Shown here piece by piece: positions 29,827 through 38,741 of a stretch of 64,000 nucleotides of DNA. How positions within the stretch are numbered: position 1 is the stretch's first letter; every line of letters begins with the position of its first letter. The stretch comes from Candidatus Terrybacteria bacterium RIFCSPHIGHO2_01_FULL_43_35. GTDB taxonomy: Bacteria > Patescibacteriota > Minisyncoccia > Terrybacterales > GWB1-40-14. The translations under genes were made by a program, and so were the position numbers. Location: assembly GCA_001822815.1 (NCBI GenBank), contig MHSR01000013.1, positions 18,808 through 82,807 of the forward strand, written 5' to 3'. The notes below the pieces were generated by a model. The model was not told the DNA's origin. It did no database searches and saw nothing but the letters and a program-made list of their open reading frames with translations.

Positions 29827-30081
29827 TTACCTTCCTCCTTGCGTTGCGTGCGCCAAATATCTAGGCGCGATTTCGTGGGCAAAAACGACTTCGGGCAATG
29901 CCCTATACTTCTTAATTATTTCTGCAATAAACGCGTCGGGTACAAGGCTTAGCAAATAAAGGTCAGTCGCAATGACAAATTCAAAGGTGGCACCTAAATT
30001 CTTATTAATATCGGTGATGCGATCTAAAGAAGCGGACCGGAGAAACTTAACGGCTATAAACTTATGAGCGCGCAAAGCCAT
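29827..30081 (-). CDS. Hypothetical small protein (84 aa)
   Basis: ORF sits 2 bp upstream of the lipoprotein gene. No motif recognised. Confidence 0.35.
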   Translation of the reverse strand: MALRAHKFIAVKFLRSASLDRITDINKNLGATFEFVIATDLYLLSLVPDAFIAEIIKKYRALPEVVFAHEIAPRYLAHATQGGR

Positions 30082-30256
30082 ACTCCTTAGCTCTTTGAAA
30101 CCATTGGATTATTGACAAAAAGCTTTAACTAAAATTTAACCCCGCTAGAAGTCGCTGTCAAATGTATAAAAAAATTGCCCAAATTTTTTATACCGAAGAC
30201 TTCTAAGGGGGTCAATGATTAAAAATGACGAGTATTTATTGATTAACAAAACTGCC

Positions 30257-31285
30257 TTATTTATTTTCGGTACCACCAGTATCGGCGGTTTCTTCGCCAA
30301 GCCGCCGGAAAGAACCTTTGCCAAAAATACTCTCTATTAGACGCGCCAACGGAATTAAATTGCCGCTGAAATTTGCTCGCGCAAATATATCAAAAACCTC
30401 TTGCCTATTCTCAAATCGGCCGTGACTTTTTTCTATAATTTCATCTATCAATCTCCAAAGTTTATCACGTTCATTCTTGCGCCCAACAAATACATCTCTT
30501 CCTTTAGTTTTCGGTGGAAATTCAGCAACTATAGTAGCGATGGTTTCTTTGTCTGGTTCTATTTTCTCAAAAATCGTGAGTATTTCTCTGGCAGAAGGTA
30601 TAGAATATACTTCTTCCATGGCTTCCCGCTCATTCTGCTCTTGTGTTGGATTAAAGCGGTGAACAATATGCAATAATGATTCTTTCAATTTGTTTGTGGC
30701 TTCTATCTCTTCACTATATAATGGATTATTTTGCATTTCCTCGTCGTAAAATTTCTTGGCCAATATTTCGGCAATAGCCTCTTCTATATCTGAAAAGTGT
30801 TTTATGCGACTCTCTCGATCTGATACGATAATGCCGCTTCTATACATACGGTGCTTCTTTTGCGCATCTATTTGCGCAGCTTTGTAGGACAATTGGTGGA
30901 ACATTTCATGCACAAGCGTTGTGGCTACATCTACATTCGACTCCAGATCGCGATCCACTACTATCTCTTGTGCCAAAGACCTGTGTATACCGCCGTAGAA
31001 TTCCCCGTTGGTGAGTTCGGATGCTCCTCCTGATCTTACAAAATGTATTTTATGTGGCGGTATTGGCTTAGGGTCTCCGCCGTAAAACTTTGCCATTCTA
31101 TATGCAAATTCTTCTGCGTTTTGAATAATCGTCTTGTCCTGTTCAGTAAGCCGTATTTCGTACTTGGCAATATCTTGATCGCCAATTTGCAGAAGTTCCT
31201 CTTGTAATTCGTGCTTAAGTCTAGCTCGCTCTCCCTCTGTTCCGCCCACCACTCTTTCAAATTGTGTTTCAAAATTTTCTAGCAT
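30257..31285 (-). CDS. Hypothetical cytoplasmic protein with an HExxH zinc-metallopeptidase-like motif
   Basis: A single HEMFH motif in a 342-aa acidic protein. No signal peptide. Confidence 0.45.
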   Translation of the reverse strand: MLENFETQFERVVGGTEGERARLKHELQEELLQIGDQDIAKYEIRLTEQDKTIIQNAEEFAYRMAKFYGGDPKPIPPHKIHFVRSGGASELTNGEFYGGIHRSLAQEIVVDRDLESNVDVATTLVHEMFHQLSYKAAQIDAQKKHRMYRSGIIVSDRESRIKHFSDIEEAIAEILAKKFYDEEMQNNPLYSEEIEATNKLKESLLHIVHRFNPTQEQNEREAMEEVYSIPSAREILTIFEKIEPDKETIATIVAEFPPKTKGRDVFVGRKNERDKLWRLIDEIIEKSHGRFENRQEVFDIFARANFSGNLIPLARLIESIFGKGSFRRLGEETADTGGTENK

Positions 31286-31519
31286 GATTCCATAAAACCA
31301 TGGATTTATTGCTTGCGCAAACCTTTCGATTTACTCGGGTCTTCGACTCCCGCGGGACTGAGTCCTCGGGACGAACGTCTGAGAGTCTCAGACTCGTTGA
31401 GGTAAACAAAAACAGCTCTATCTAAAACAGAACTGCTTTTGCGCCAAATATCTTTAACAAAAAGTATTTGAGCGTGGAACGAATTTACTTATCTTTTCTT
31501 ATTTTCAAAGTTGGTGTTG

Positions 31520-31750
31520 GTGGTGGAACTAGCCTTGACCTGGCCTAGGCTGGCTCGCGAGACGAACGGGGTTGGGCTTTCAGCCTGGTTGGGAACAGCT
31601 CTCGTTGTATCCCGTACCTATTTCTACCACCCGCTTTTATCCCTCTAGGGGATCCGATCTTCCGGTATCAGACAAACCGTCGTATTAAGGAAATCGGATG
31701 AGCTGTCAATCCGAAACCTTTTTCCACCACCAACCAAAAACGAATTTTTA
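31520..31750. repeat. Copy 1 of a roughly 230-nt structured repeat in a GC-rich islet
   Basis: Shares ordered blocks with 32595-32830: GGGCTTTC(A/G)GCCTG, TACCACCC, GATCTT(C/G)CGGTATCAG(A/G)AAACCGTC, CCACCACCAACCAAAA. Confidence 0.6.
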
Positions 31751-31866
31751 TAAACGCGCTTTTGGCTAATGACGAGATTTATACATGTTTGAAAATATTT
31801 TTGAGATTAACCAGCCCTAATTTCAGATTTGCTAAAATCAGGGCTGGACTGACTTTTGTCGAGGTT

Positions 31867-32073
31867 TCACTTCTCCGCCTCGACCTTCGGATCTTCCAGC
31901 TCGACACCGAGCTCACGCGCCGCGCCTTCGGCCAGCTCGCGCTTCTCCGCGGGCGAGAGCTTGTCGATCTCGACCTTGAACCCGGCCATGTCCTGGCCAG
32001 AGAGCTTGCCGAAGTACTTCCAGAGCACCACGAGCTCGGTCGCCTTGGCGGCTTTGGCGCCAGAGGTGTCCAT
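31867..32073 (-). CDS. Small GC-rich protein (68 aa) with a strong Shine-Dalgarno, hypothetical
   Basis: About 62% GC with high GC3. GAAGGAG lies 8 nt upstream of the ATG. A hairpin overlaps the stop codon. Confidence 0.55.
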   Translation of the reverse strand: MDTSGAKAAKATELVVLWKYFGKLSGQDMAGFKVEIDKLSPAEKRELAEGAARELGVELEDPKVEAEK

Positions 32074-32274
32074 CTTTGGACTCCTTCATTGCTTGATACG
32101 GCTTAAACAATCTCTACTAATTGCAAGAGTTGTTGCCGCGCCTCAACAAACTTCCTGTATTAGAAATTTGCTCAAGTGCGGAACTACTGGTTTTTTCTTT
32201 AAATATGGTGAAGCGAGGGGAAATTCTTACTTGAGTTCCCCTCGCTTACTTAACGATCCTTGTGGATCTGGTGA

Positions 32275-32544
32275 CTAGAGCAGTGCGAGGCGGACGCGTT
32301 CAAGTTTCGCGTGCCAAGCCCCTGAACCACCAGAGATGCGTGTCTCGCGCGTCGCAAGATCAGCCATCTCACGATCCCGCACCACAGCCACGCTGACGGT
32401 GGGCGCCTGATTGCTCGATCCGTGGTTGTAGGCGAAACCTTTCTGGCGTGCCACCTTGCGGATGTAGGTAAGCTTCCTGCTGCGCAGGAAGGAATTTGGG
32501 TCTGCCTTGACCTGGTTCTTCTTGGTGTGGCCTTCTGAGCTCAC
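32275..32544 (-). CDS. Small GC-rich basic protein (89 aa), GTG start with a strong Shine-Dalgarno, hypothetical
   Basis: TAAGGAGGAGAC-GTG start context. GC-rich stem terminator (AGCGAGGGGAA/TTCCCCTCGCT) downstream. Confidence 0.55.
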   Translation of the reverse strand: MSSEGHTKKNQVKADPNSFLRSRKLTYIRKVARQKGFAYNHGSSNQAPTVSVAVVRDREMADLATRETRISGGSGAWHAKLERVRLALL

Positions 32545-32594
32545 GTCTCCTCCTTACTTGGCTTTTGCCTGCCCGCTTCTTTGGTTTTAGTTAT

Positions 32595-32830
32595 TTAAAG
32601 GTGCGGATGGTGATGGGACTGGTATAGCGTAAGACGCCGAACGGCGTCACGTGCTTAACCGATGAATGGGACTGGGCTTTCGGCCTGCTCGTTTCAGAGT
32701 AGCTCTACTCCAGTAGCTTTCAGTACCACCCATATTTATCAACACGCTCTTTTTGCCTGAGGCATGGCCTGATCTTGCGGTATCAGGAAACCGTCATCTT
32801 CCCCATCACCACCAACCAAAACAAACATGT
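32595..32830. repeat. Copy 2 of the roughly 230-nt structured repeat
   Basis: See copy 1. Located immediately 5' (minus-strand sense) of the 89-aa gene. Confidence 0.6.
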
Positions 32831-33397
32831 TGTTGATGCAAACTTGCTTTGGTTGATGGCAATCAATGATTTAGTTTTTAAAAAACATTCTCATACAAGA
32901 CGAGACCCTCGGGCATGATCTTTTAGAAGATCACACCAGGGAGTCTCCTCTCGGAGTCTTACCTTCACCGCATCACGCTTAGCCCGCCAAAATTTTAAAA
33001 TAAAATTTGTATGTTTGCGGGGGTTGATGCGTTTTGACAGATGCTACACGCCAAACCGACGCTTCGGTTAAATCGCGGATGCCTCTGACACTGCAAATCA
33101 TTATACAAACCTATTGCATCCGCTCACGAAAGAATCAGTAAGGCGGTGACGACACCAAGCCTCCCAAGCTACTTGATGTCCTGCCTATGCATAGAAACTG
33201 TCAATGCATACTGTCAATAACTAAAGTATATCATATAAGTTTTAACTTGTCAAGAGCAAGAGGGTTGCTTTAGGCTTGTTTTGGATATTTTCTTTATTCT
33301 AAAAGGGTTATATTAAATTGTGATTTGTCAGAATATGCTGACATGTATGGGTTGAGTATGGTACTTCTAATTCAAACTTCGATATCGCCAGGCACTA

Positions 33398-33426
33398 TTG
33401 ACATTTATACCACATAATGATATAAT
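33398..33426 (+). promoter_or_regulatory. Consensus sigma70 promoter (TTGACA-17-TATAAT)
   Basis: TTGACA at 33398-33403, a 17-nt spacer, and TATAAT at 33421-33426, read directly. Confidence 0.7.
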
Positions 33427-33432
33427 TTTATT

Positions 33433-33797
33433 GTGCGGCATAAATGACCGCATGAAAACAAGCTCTCTTGAAGGAAGAGAGCAAGGAGTAGCGTTATGGG
33501 CAACGGGTAGGTAGCGTCTGAAGCAAAAGAATGTGGTATGCAAAACAAAGGCGCAAGGTAACTATTTACTAGACGCGCCCAAGATGAAAGCGGTACCAAT
33601 GGCTCTAGATCAAGCGCTGCCTTAACCCTCGGTTGTCAAACAGAGGATCGCAGAGCGATAAGAGCCCTAAAGACAAGCTTCAACGTTAACCCCTGGAAAA
33701 GGCCGCGCCTATCCAGACAAAAAACCCAAATCAAGCTCTCTTTGTTCTTTCTTCACCAAGGCCGCCACTCTACTCGAGAGGCGGCCTAAACTTTTAT
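33433..33797 (+). ncRNA. Candidate roughly 365-nt non-coding RNA of unknown class
   Basis: Bounded by the consensus promoter and an intrinsic terminator (GGCCGCC-13-GGCGGCC followed by TAAACTTTTAT, 33757-33797). No ORF longer than 20 codons. Internal hairpins are present, e.g. CTCTCTTgaaggAAGAGAG. Confidence 0.5.
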
Positions 33798-33851
33798 ACA
33801 AAAACTGCTTTTTATGCAGAGTTTAAAAGACGGAGCACTGCTTTCTGTTAT

Positions 33852-34580
33852 TTATTTCCAAGCCAGAGAAAACAAGGCTCTCAACGTTTCAGCAATTTCC
33901 TTACTTTCAATAATGATGCCCATGGGTTTCCCGCGAAAGACGGCCATGGCTACTTTGTTACCATAAATAATCAAGTCGCTAGCAATACCCGCTTTGAGAG
34001 GCAAATATTTTGTTTCAACTCCCTGCGCATATTTCGCAATCGGTCCGGCTTTATGCGTATAGAATGTCTGTCCGCGAACATGTTTCTTGGAGCGACGCAA
34101 ACGGTAAACTTCACGCTCACTTTCAGAAAATAGCTCTTCATATTCGTCTCGTGGGAATATTTCCACTATAGAACTAGTCTTGGTGCGCAGAAAATCTTCC
34201 TGCATGGCCTTCAGGCCTTCCTTGCCCTCGAAAAAACGCACGCGCGGATGTTCCCTGGCCTGATCATAAAGGGCTTTAAGACGAGGAAGAATTTTTTCGG
34301 TTTCGGTTCGTTTAATTTTTAATTCCTGCTCGTTGCGATCTAGAAGTCGCATCAGCCTTTCGGGAAATTCTGCTGAAAGCAATCTCTTGCTTCCCTGTTC
34401 GTGCCAACTAACCAAACCAAGCTTAGCTAATTCTTCAAGAGCCAAATATGCCGTGGGTCTTCGTATGCCAGATTTCTTGGCGATATCTTGTACAGTTGCC
34501 TGACCCAGTTCCAAAACCGCCAAATAAACTCTGGCTTCCTTATCCGAAAGTCCTATGCTTTTTAGTTCTGGCTCGAACAT
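33852..34580 (-). CDS. TrmB-family transcriptional regulator
   Basis: N-terminal winged-helix TrmB signature (LSDKEARVYLAVLELGQATVQDIAKKSGIRRPTAYLALEELAKLGLV). Confidence 0.55.
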   Translation of the reverse strand: MFEPELKSIGLSDKEARVYLAVLELGQATVQDIAKKSGIRRPTAYLALEELAKLGLVSWHEQGSKRLLSAEFPERLMRLLDRNEQELKIKRTETEKILPRLKALYDQAREHPRVRFFEGKEGLKAMQEDFLRTKTSSIVEIFPRDEYEELFSESEREVYRLRRSKKHVRGQTFYTHKAGPIAKYAQGVETKYLPLKAGIASDLIIYGNKVAMAVFRGKPMGIIIESKEIAETLRALFSLAWK

Positions 34581-34900
34581 GTGCTAGTTGTTGCCCACGA
34601 CCCAGCTCTAATTTCTGAGCGTTTGGGCATTTCTAAAATTATAATGTATAATTTTATCTTGGTTTAAAACTTTTATCGAATTGTTTTTGGTAAATTAGGG
34701 CTGGATCGCGGTTGCAACGACGTGCATCTCTTCGAGTTCATCGAATCTGAGATTCTCTGAATCGAATGATCTGAAGACTCATCAGACGTTCGTCTCTTCG
34801 AGCCTGAGGGCTCCGCAGAGCCTGAACGGCCCGAGGACTCAGTCCCGAGGGAGTCTGAACGACCTAAGGAGCAAAGCGACGAGGGATTACTTTTCATTTA
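34581..34900. repeat. Composite repeat region (family A start-box plus degenerate serine-codon-like tandem units) abutting the TrmB-like gene start
   Basis: GTGCTAGTTGTTGCCCACGA lies directly after the start codon on the + strand. The 34700-34890 stretch resembles 39720-39800 and 31330-31400 (gcatctcttcgag..ctgaagactc..cgagggattac). Confidence 0.6.
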
Positions 34901-34977
34901 TTATAGCATTAAAAAGATTGAGCCCGGCCCGAGTTTTATCTAAAACTGGAGCTGGGCTCTTTGTTTTGGCTTAGCGG

Positions 34978-35151
34978 TTAAAACCAGATGACGGCCTGCG
35001 TTCTACCAGACGAACCTGCACCGGAACAGGAACCAGAATCAGGCGCGGCGCTGGTCTAGGTGACACGCGATCCAGAACGCTTGCGCCGAAATTCTTGGCT
35101 ATCCGCGAGAGCTTGGCTCCGCGGGATGAACGATTCACCATGGAATGTATC
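34978..35151 (-). CDS. Small GC-rich ORF (57 aa) with a perfect Shine-Dalgarno, hypothetical
   Basis: AAGGAGGATACATTCC-ATG context and about 58% GC. Below the ORF-track length cutoff. Confidence 0.4.
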
Positions 35152-35315
35152 CTCCTTACGGCTTGCTGATATGAAAAGTTCTGTTGGGGATAACGAGAAC
35201 TACTAAATACTATAAGTTTAAGGACTAAGTTTAAGAGTCTCGTTACCCCACTAATTACATTATAACACTAAAATAATGTTTGTCAAGAATTCGCCTCGCC
35301 TCCGTTTATCTGTTT

Positions 35316-37058
35316 TTACATTCTTTCCGGAGCATGAATTCCCATTAGGCGCATGGTGTTGGCCAAAACTATTTTTGTGGCGCGCACCAATGCTAAACGC
35401 GCAAGAGTTAAATCCTTATCCTCGCCTATAACTTGGCAATCGCGATAAAAAGCCGAAAAAACCGTGGCCACATCCGTGGCATAAACTGGCAGACGGCTGA
35501 CTTCATATTTGGAGGCAATATCTTCTACTAATTCCGGCAGAATAATTAACTTCTTTATCAACTGCGTTTCTGAAGGGTGCGCCAATTTTAAAAGCAAGTT
35601 ATTTCTTGCCGACCCCTCAACAATCCCCTCTTGTTTGGCTTGCCCTGAGCCAGCCGAACTGGCTTTGGCCAGAATGCTTGCACATCTCGCATGAGCATAC
35701 TGCACATAATAGACCGGGTTTTTGTCGGATTGTTCGCGTGCCAAAGTCATATCAAAATCCATATGGCTATTTGGTTCGCGCATCAAAAAGAAGAAGCGCG
35801 CAGCATCCAAGCCTACAGTATCAACTAATTCTTCAAGGGTTATGAATGTTCCGGTACGCTTGGACATGCGCACTTCTTGCCCGTTTTCCATCAAACGCAC
35901 AAGCTGAACCAAAATAAAATCGAATTTTCTTGAGCTCGAAACAAGCCCCAAGGATGCAAAAACTCTGTTCAACGTAAACATATGGGCATGGTGGTCGGCG
36001 CCGACAATATCTATGACTTTATCAAAACGGCGCCGCTTAAATTTATCCCAGTGATAAGCTATATCCGGAAGCAAATATGTGGGCTCGCCGTTTGATTTAA
36101 TCAGAACTCTTTCGTTAATATTGTCGTTTTCTTTAAGTCGCAACCATTGGGCTCCTTCCTTTTTTTCGATCAAATGTTTTTTCTGAAGAGCTTCATAAGC
36201 CTCCTTAATAAGCCCCTGGCGATGTAGGCTTTTCTCCGAAAACCACACGTCGAAACGTATTTTAAGTTTTTTTGTTATTCTTTTTATATCTTCCAATATC
36301 ATCTTTGAAGCCGTGCGGCTTATTGCTTCCGGGTTCAATTCCTCCGGCTTAAACTTGGAAATTTGCAGTTTATAAGCCAGTTCCTGTACGTATCCTCCGG
36401 GATAAAGCTCTTCGGGCGGATAAGGAATTTTGTAATCCCCGCCCGAAACCTTACCGGCTGCAATTACCGACCAGCCCAATTTTTTTATCTGCTCCCCGGC
36501 ATCATTTACATAATATTCACGAGTAATTTTGTATCCGGCAAAATCTAAAACGTTAGACAGAGCATCACCCAAAAACCCTCCACGTCCGTTTCCCAAAGTA
36601 GGCGGACCGGTAGGATTTGCTGATATAAATTCTACCTGCACATTTTGCTTATGTCCGATATCTATACGGCCATAATTGTTTTTAGCGCTTAAAATATTCT
36701 TAATTTGTTTGGCTAGATATTCAGGAGAGAGTGAAAAATTTATAAACCCCGGTCCGGCAACTTTTACGCTTTTTACTACGGCATTAAAGCGCTTATTTGT
36801 TTCAAGTCCGGTAATAATATTTTCGGCTACGGCATGAGGAGATTTTTTGCCTATTGCGGCCAAAACCATGGCGATATTTGAAGCGTAATCGCCGTATTGG
36901 ATATTGCTGGCTGGTTCAACGGTAAAATTTATTTTTTCCATGTGAAAGCCGGCATTTTGAGACGCCGCAATAATACTCTTTATCAAAAATTGCTTGGTTG
37001 TGGCTACCTCGCCGGATCCTTTAGTAAATATCTTGTCCTTGGGTGATTTTGTGGCCAT
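35316..37058 (-). CDS. argS: Arginyl-tRNA synthetase
   Basis: SANPTGP signature region, DALS-type anticodon-binding C-terminus. 580 aa. Confidence 0.85.
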   Translation of the reverse strand: MATKSPKDKIFTKGSGEVATTKQFLIKSIIAASQNAGFHMEKINFTVEPASNIQYGDYASNIAMVLAAIGKKSPHAVAENIITGLETNKRFNAVVKSVKVAGPGFINFSLSPEYLAKQIKNILSAKNNYGRIDIGHKQNVQVEFISANPTGPPTLGNGRGGFLGDALSNVLDFAGYKITREYYVNDAGEQIKKLGWSVIAAGKVSGGDYKIPYPPEELYPGGYVQELAYKLQISKFKPEELNPEAISRTASKMILEDIKRITKKLKIRFDVWFSEKSLHRQGLIKEAYEALQKKHLIEKKEGAQWLRLKENDNINERVLIKSNGEPTYLLPDIAYHWDKFKRRRFDKVIDIVGADHHAHMFTLNRVFASLGLVSSSRKFDFILVQLVRLMENGQEVRMSKRTGTFITLEELVDTVGLDAARFFFLMREPNSHMDFDMTLAREQSDKNPVYYVQYAHARCASILAKASSAGSGQAKQEGIVEGSARNNLLLKLAHPSETQLIKKLIILPELVEDIASKYEVSRLPVYATDVATVFSAFYRDCQVIGEDKDLTLARLALVRATKIVLANTMRLMGIHAPERM

Positions 37059-37104
37059 AACTGTATATTTATTATAATACCATGCTAAATTGGGATTAGA
37101 GATT

Positions 37105-37548
37105 ATGACAACCCTTGCCGAAAATAAACGGGCTGGATTCGATTATGAAATCCTCGAAAAAATGGAGGCTGGTATTGTGTTAAACGGACAGGAAACCAAG
37201 TCTATAAGAGCTGGGCAAGCGTCTCTGGGCGGAGCGTTTGTAACGGTTAAAAACAATGAACTCTGGCTGACTAATATGAATGTAGCCCCGTGGCAACCCA
37301 AGAATATATCGCACAATTACGATGAAGCCCGTCCAAGAAAACTATTGATGCATAAAAATGAGATCGCATCGCTCATAGGCAAAATCAAAACCCGCGGCTT
37401 GACGGCCCTGCCCTTGCGATTATATACTCACCACGGTAAGATTAAAGTCGAAATAGGCGTTGTTAAATATAGGAAAAAGCACGACAAAAGAGAATTGATA
37501 AAGAAACGCGACGCCCAACGGGATATTGCCAGAACCTTAGCAGAATAA
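37105..37548 (+). CDS. smpB: SsrA-binding protein SmpB
   Basis: KRAGFDYEILEKMEAGIVLNGQETKSIRAG matches the SmpB N-terminus. tmRNA gene follows directly. Confidence 0.85.
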   Translation: MTTLAENKRAGFDYEILEKMEAGIVLNGQETKSIRAGQASLGGAFVTVKNNELWLTNMNVAPWQPKNISHNYDEARPRKLLMHKNEIASLIGKIKTRGLTALPLRLYTHHGKIKVEIGVVKYRKKHDKRELIKKRDAQRDIARTLAE

Positions 37549-37552
37549 AAAT

Positions 37553-37935
37553 GGGGATGCCGGGCTTCGAAAAGGAAAAGTGTAGCGCGCGCAGGACGAG
37601 GCCGATCAACAACCTCGAAAAAAGTTGATCACTTACAAGTGCAAACTTGTTCGCAAAAGTGCAGAACGCTTTCCGCGTTCCAGCATTTGCTCTTGCTTAA
37701 ATTAGCTTGAGCCATCCGGCCCTGATGCTCGATAAGGAAACGCCGGGTGCCATACATCGAGCTTGACTAGCATAAGGACCTCGCTTGCGCTACGCGACTC
37801 AAACAGGGGTAGGAATATCTGAAATTCTGCCGTTCTTTGACCGGATATTCTGACAAAACATTACAGAATGGCTAATCCTGTAGAAGCGTGCCGCATAATT
37901 TTTCTTTGACGTGGGTTCAACTCCCACCATCTCCA
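37553..37935 (+). ncRNA. ssrA: tmRNA (SsrA)
   Basis: 5' GGGGATGCCGGGCTTCGA... pairs with 3' ...GACGTGGGTTCAACTCCCACCATCTCCA (tRNA-like domain). An internal tag frame at 37640-37699 ends ...AFALA-TAA. Located immediately after smpB. Confidence 0.8.
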
Positions 37936-38026
37936 CAAACCATGCCGACAATTTATAAATAGTTTTAACTATCTGCAAAAGTTTAATTATTATCAGCGCC
38001 GTCCGCAGTTTCAACGAGGACCGCGC

Positions 38027-38518
38027 ATGAACAATCAAATCAAGGCTTCGCCTGTGCGCGTTATAGATGAACAGGGTAAAAACCTAGGCGAAATGGATAC
38101 CCAAGAAGCTATTCGCTTGGCCTCCAGCCGTGCCTTAGATTTAATAGAGGTTTCTCCAGATGCTATACCGCCCGTGTGCCGAATAGTTAACCTTGGGAAA
38201 TGGAAATACGAACAGGCCAAAAAACAGCGGGCCCAAAAGGCGCACCAAAAACAGGTTGAGTTAAAAGGCATACGGATAACGATGCGTTCTTCCCTTCATG
38301 ATCTTGGAACTAGGGCGCGGCAAGCTGAAAAATTTTTAAACGAAGGCAACAAAGTGCGCGTGGAAATGCTGCTCAAGGGACGGGAGAGAGCAAACGAAAC
38401 ATTCGCCAGAGGCAAATTTGCGGAGTTCACTTCCCTCCTTTCTGTATCTTATAAAATGGAGCAGGATATAAAACGCGAGCCCAGGGGCTTGTCATTAATC
38501 ATAGTCAAGGGCAAATAA
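38027..38518 (+). CDS. infC: Translation initiation factor IF-3
   Basis: The IF-3 N- and C-domain sequence, followed by rpmI-rplT. Confidence 0.85.
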   Translation: MNNQIKASPVRVIDEQGKNLGEMDTQEAIRLASSRALDLIEVSPDAIPPVCRIVNLGKWKYEQAKKQRAQKAHQKQVELKGIRITMRSSLHDLGTRARQAEKFLNEGNKVRVEMLLKGRERANETFARGKFAEFTSLLSVSYKMEQDIKREPRGLSLIIVKGK

Positions 38519-38521
38519 TTC

Positions 38522-38734
38522 ATGAGTAAACTTAAAACAAGAAAGGCCGTGTCTTCGCGCTTCAAATTTACCAAAAGCGGCAAAATACTCTATAGACCAA
38601 TGCGCCAAGGGCACTTTCATGCCAAGGCAACCGGAAAGGCGCGCAGAAAGAAAACTAAGCTTATGGTACTATCCAAAAGCGATGCGCGGGCATTGAAAAA
38701 ATACGCGCGTTATGCGAGAAAGTGGGGGCACTAA
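38522..38734 (+). CDS. rpmI: 50S ribosomal protein L35
   Basis: MSKLKTRKAVSSRFKFTKSGKI... matches L35. Confidence 0.85.
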   Translation: MSKLKTRKAVSSRFKFTKSGKILYRPMRQGHFHAKATGKARRKKTKLMVLSKSDARALKKYARYARKWGH

Positions 38735-38741
38735 TTACCTT

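Noticed and set aside
33433-33797. Assignment of the orphan transcript as RNase P RNA or SRP RNA
   Set aside because: Size is compatible. But I could not locate the P4 strands (GGAAAGUCCGG / ACAGAANCCGGCUUA) or the SRP domain IV GGAAGGAAGCAGCC motif. Only a loose GAAGGAAGAGAGCAAGG resemblance. Left unclassified pending a covariance-model search.
34673-34897. 74-aa Ser-rich ORF
   Set aside because: Lies within the degenerate tandem-repeat part of the family A region. Compositional artefact.
37799-38038. 79-aa minus-strand ORF
   Set aside because: Antisense to the tmRNA 3' tRNA-like domain and the infC leader. Spurious.
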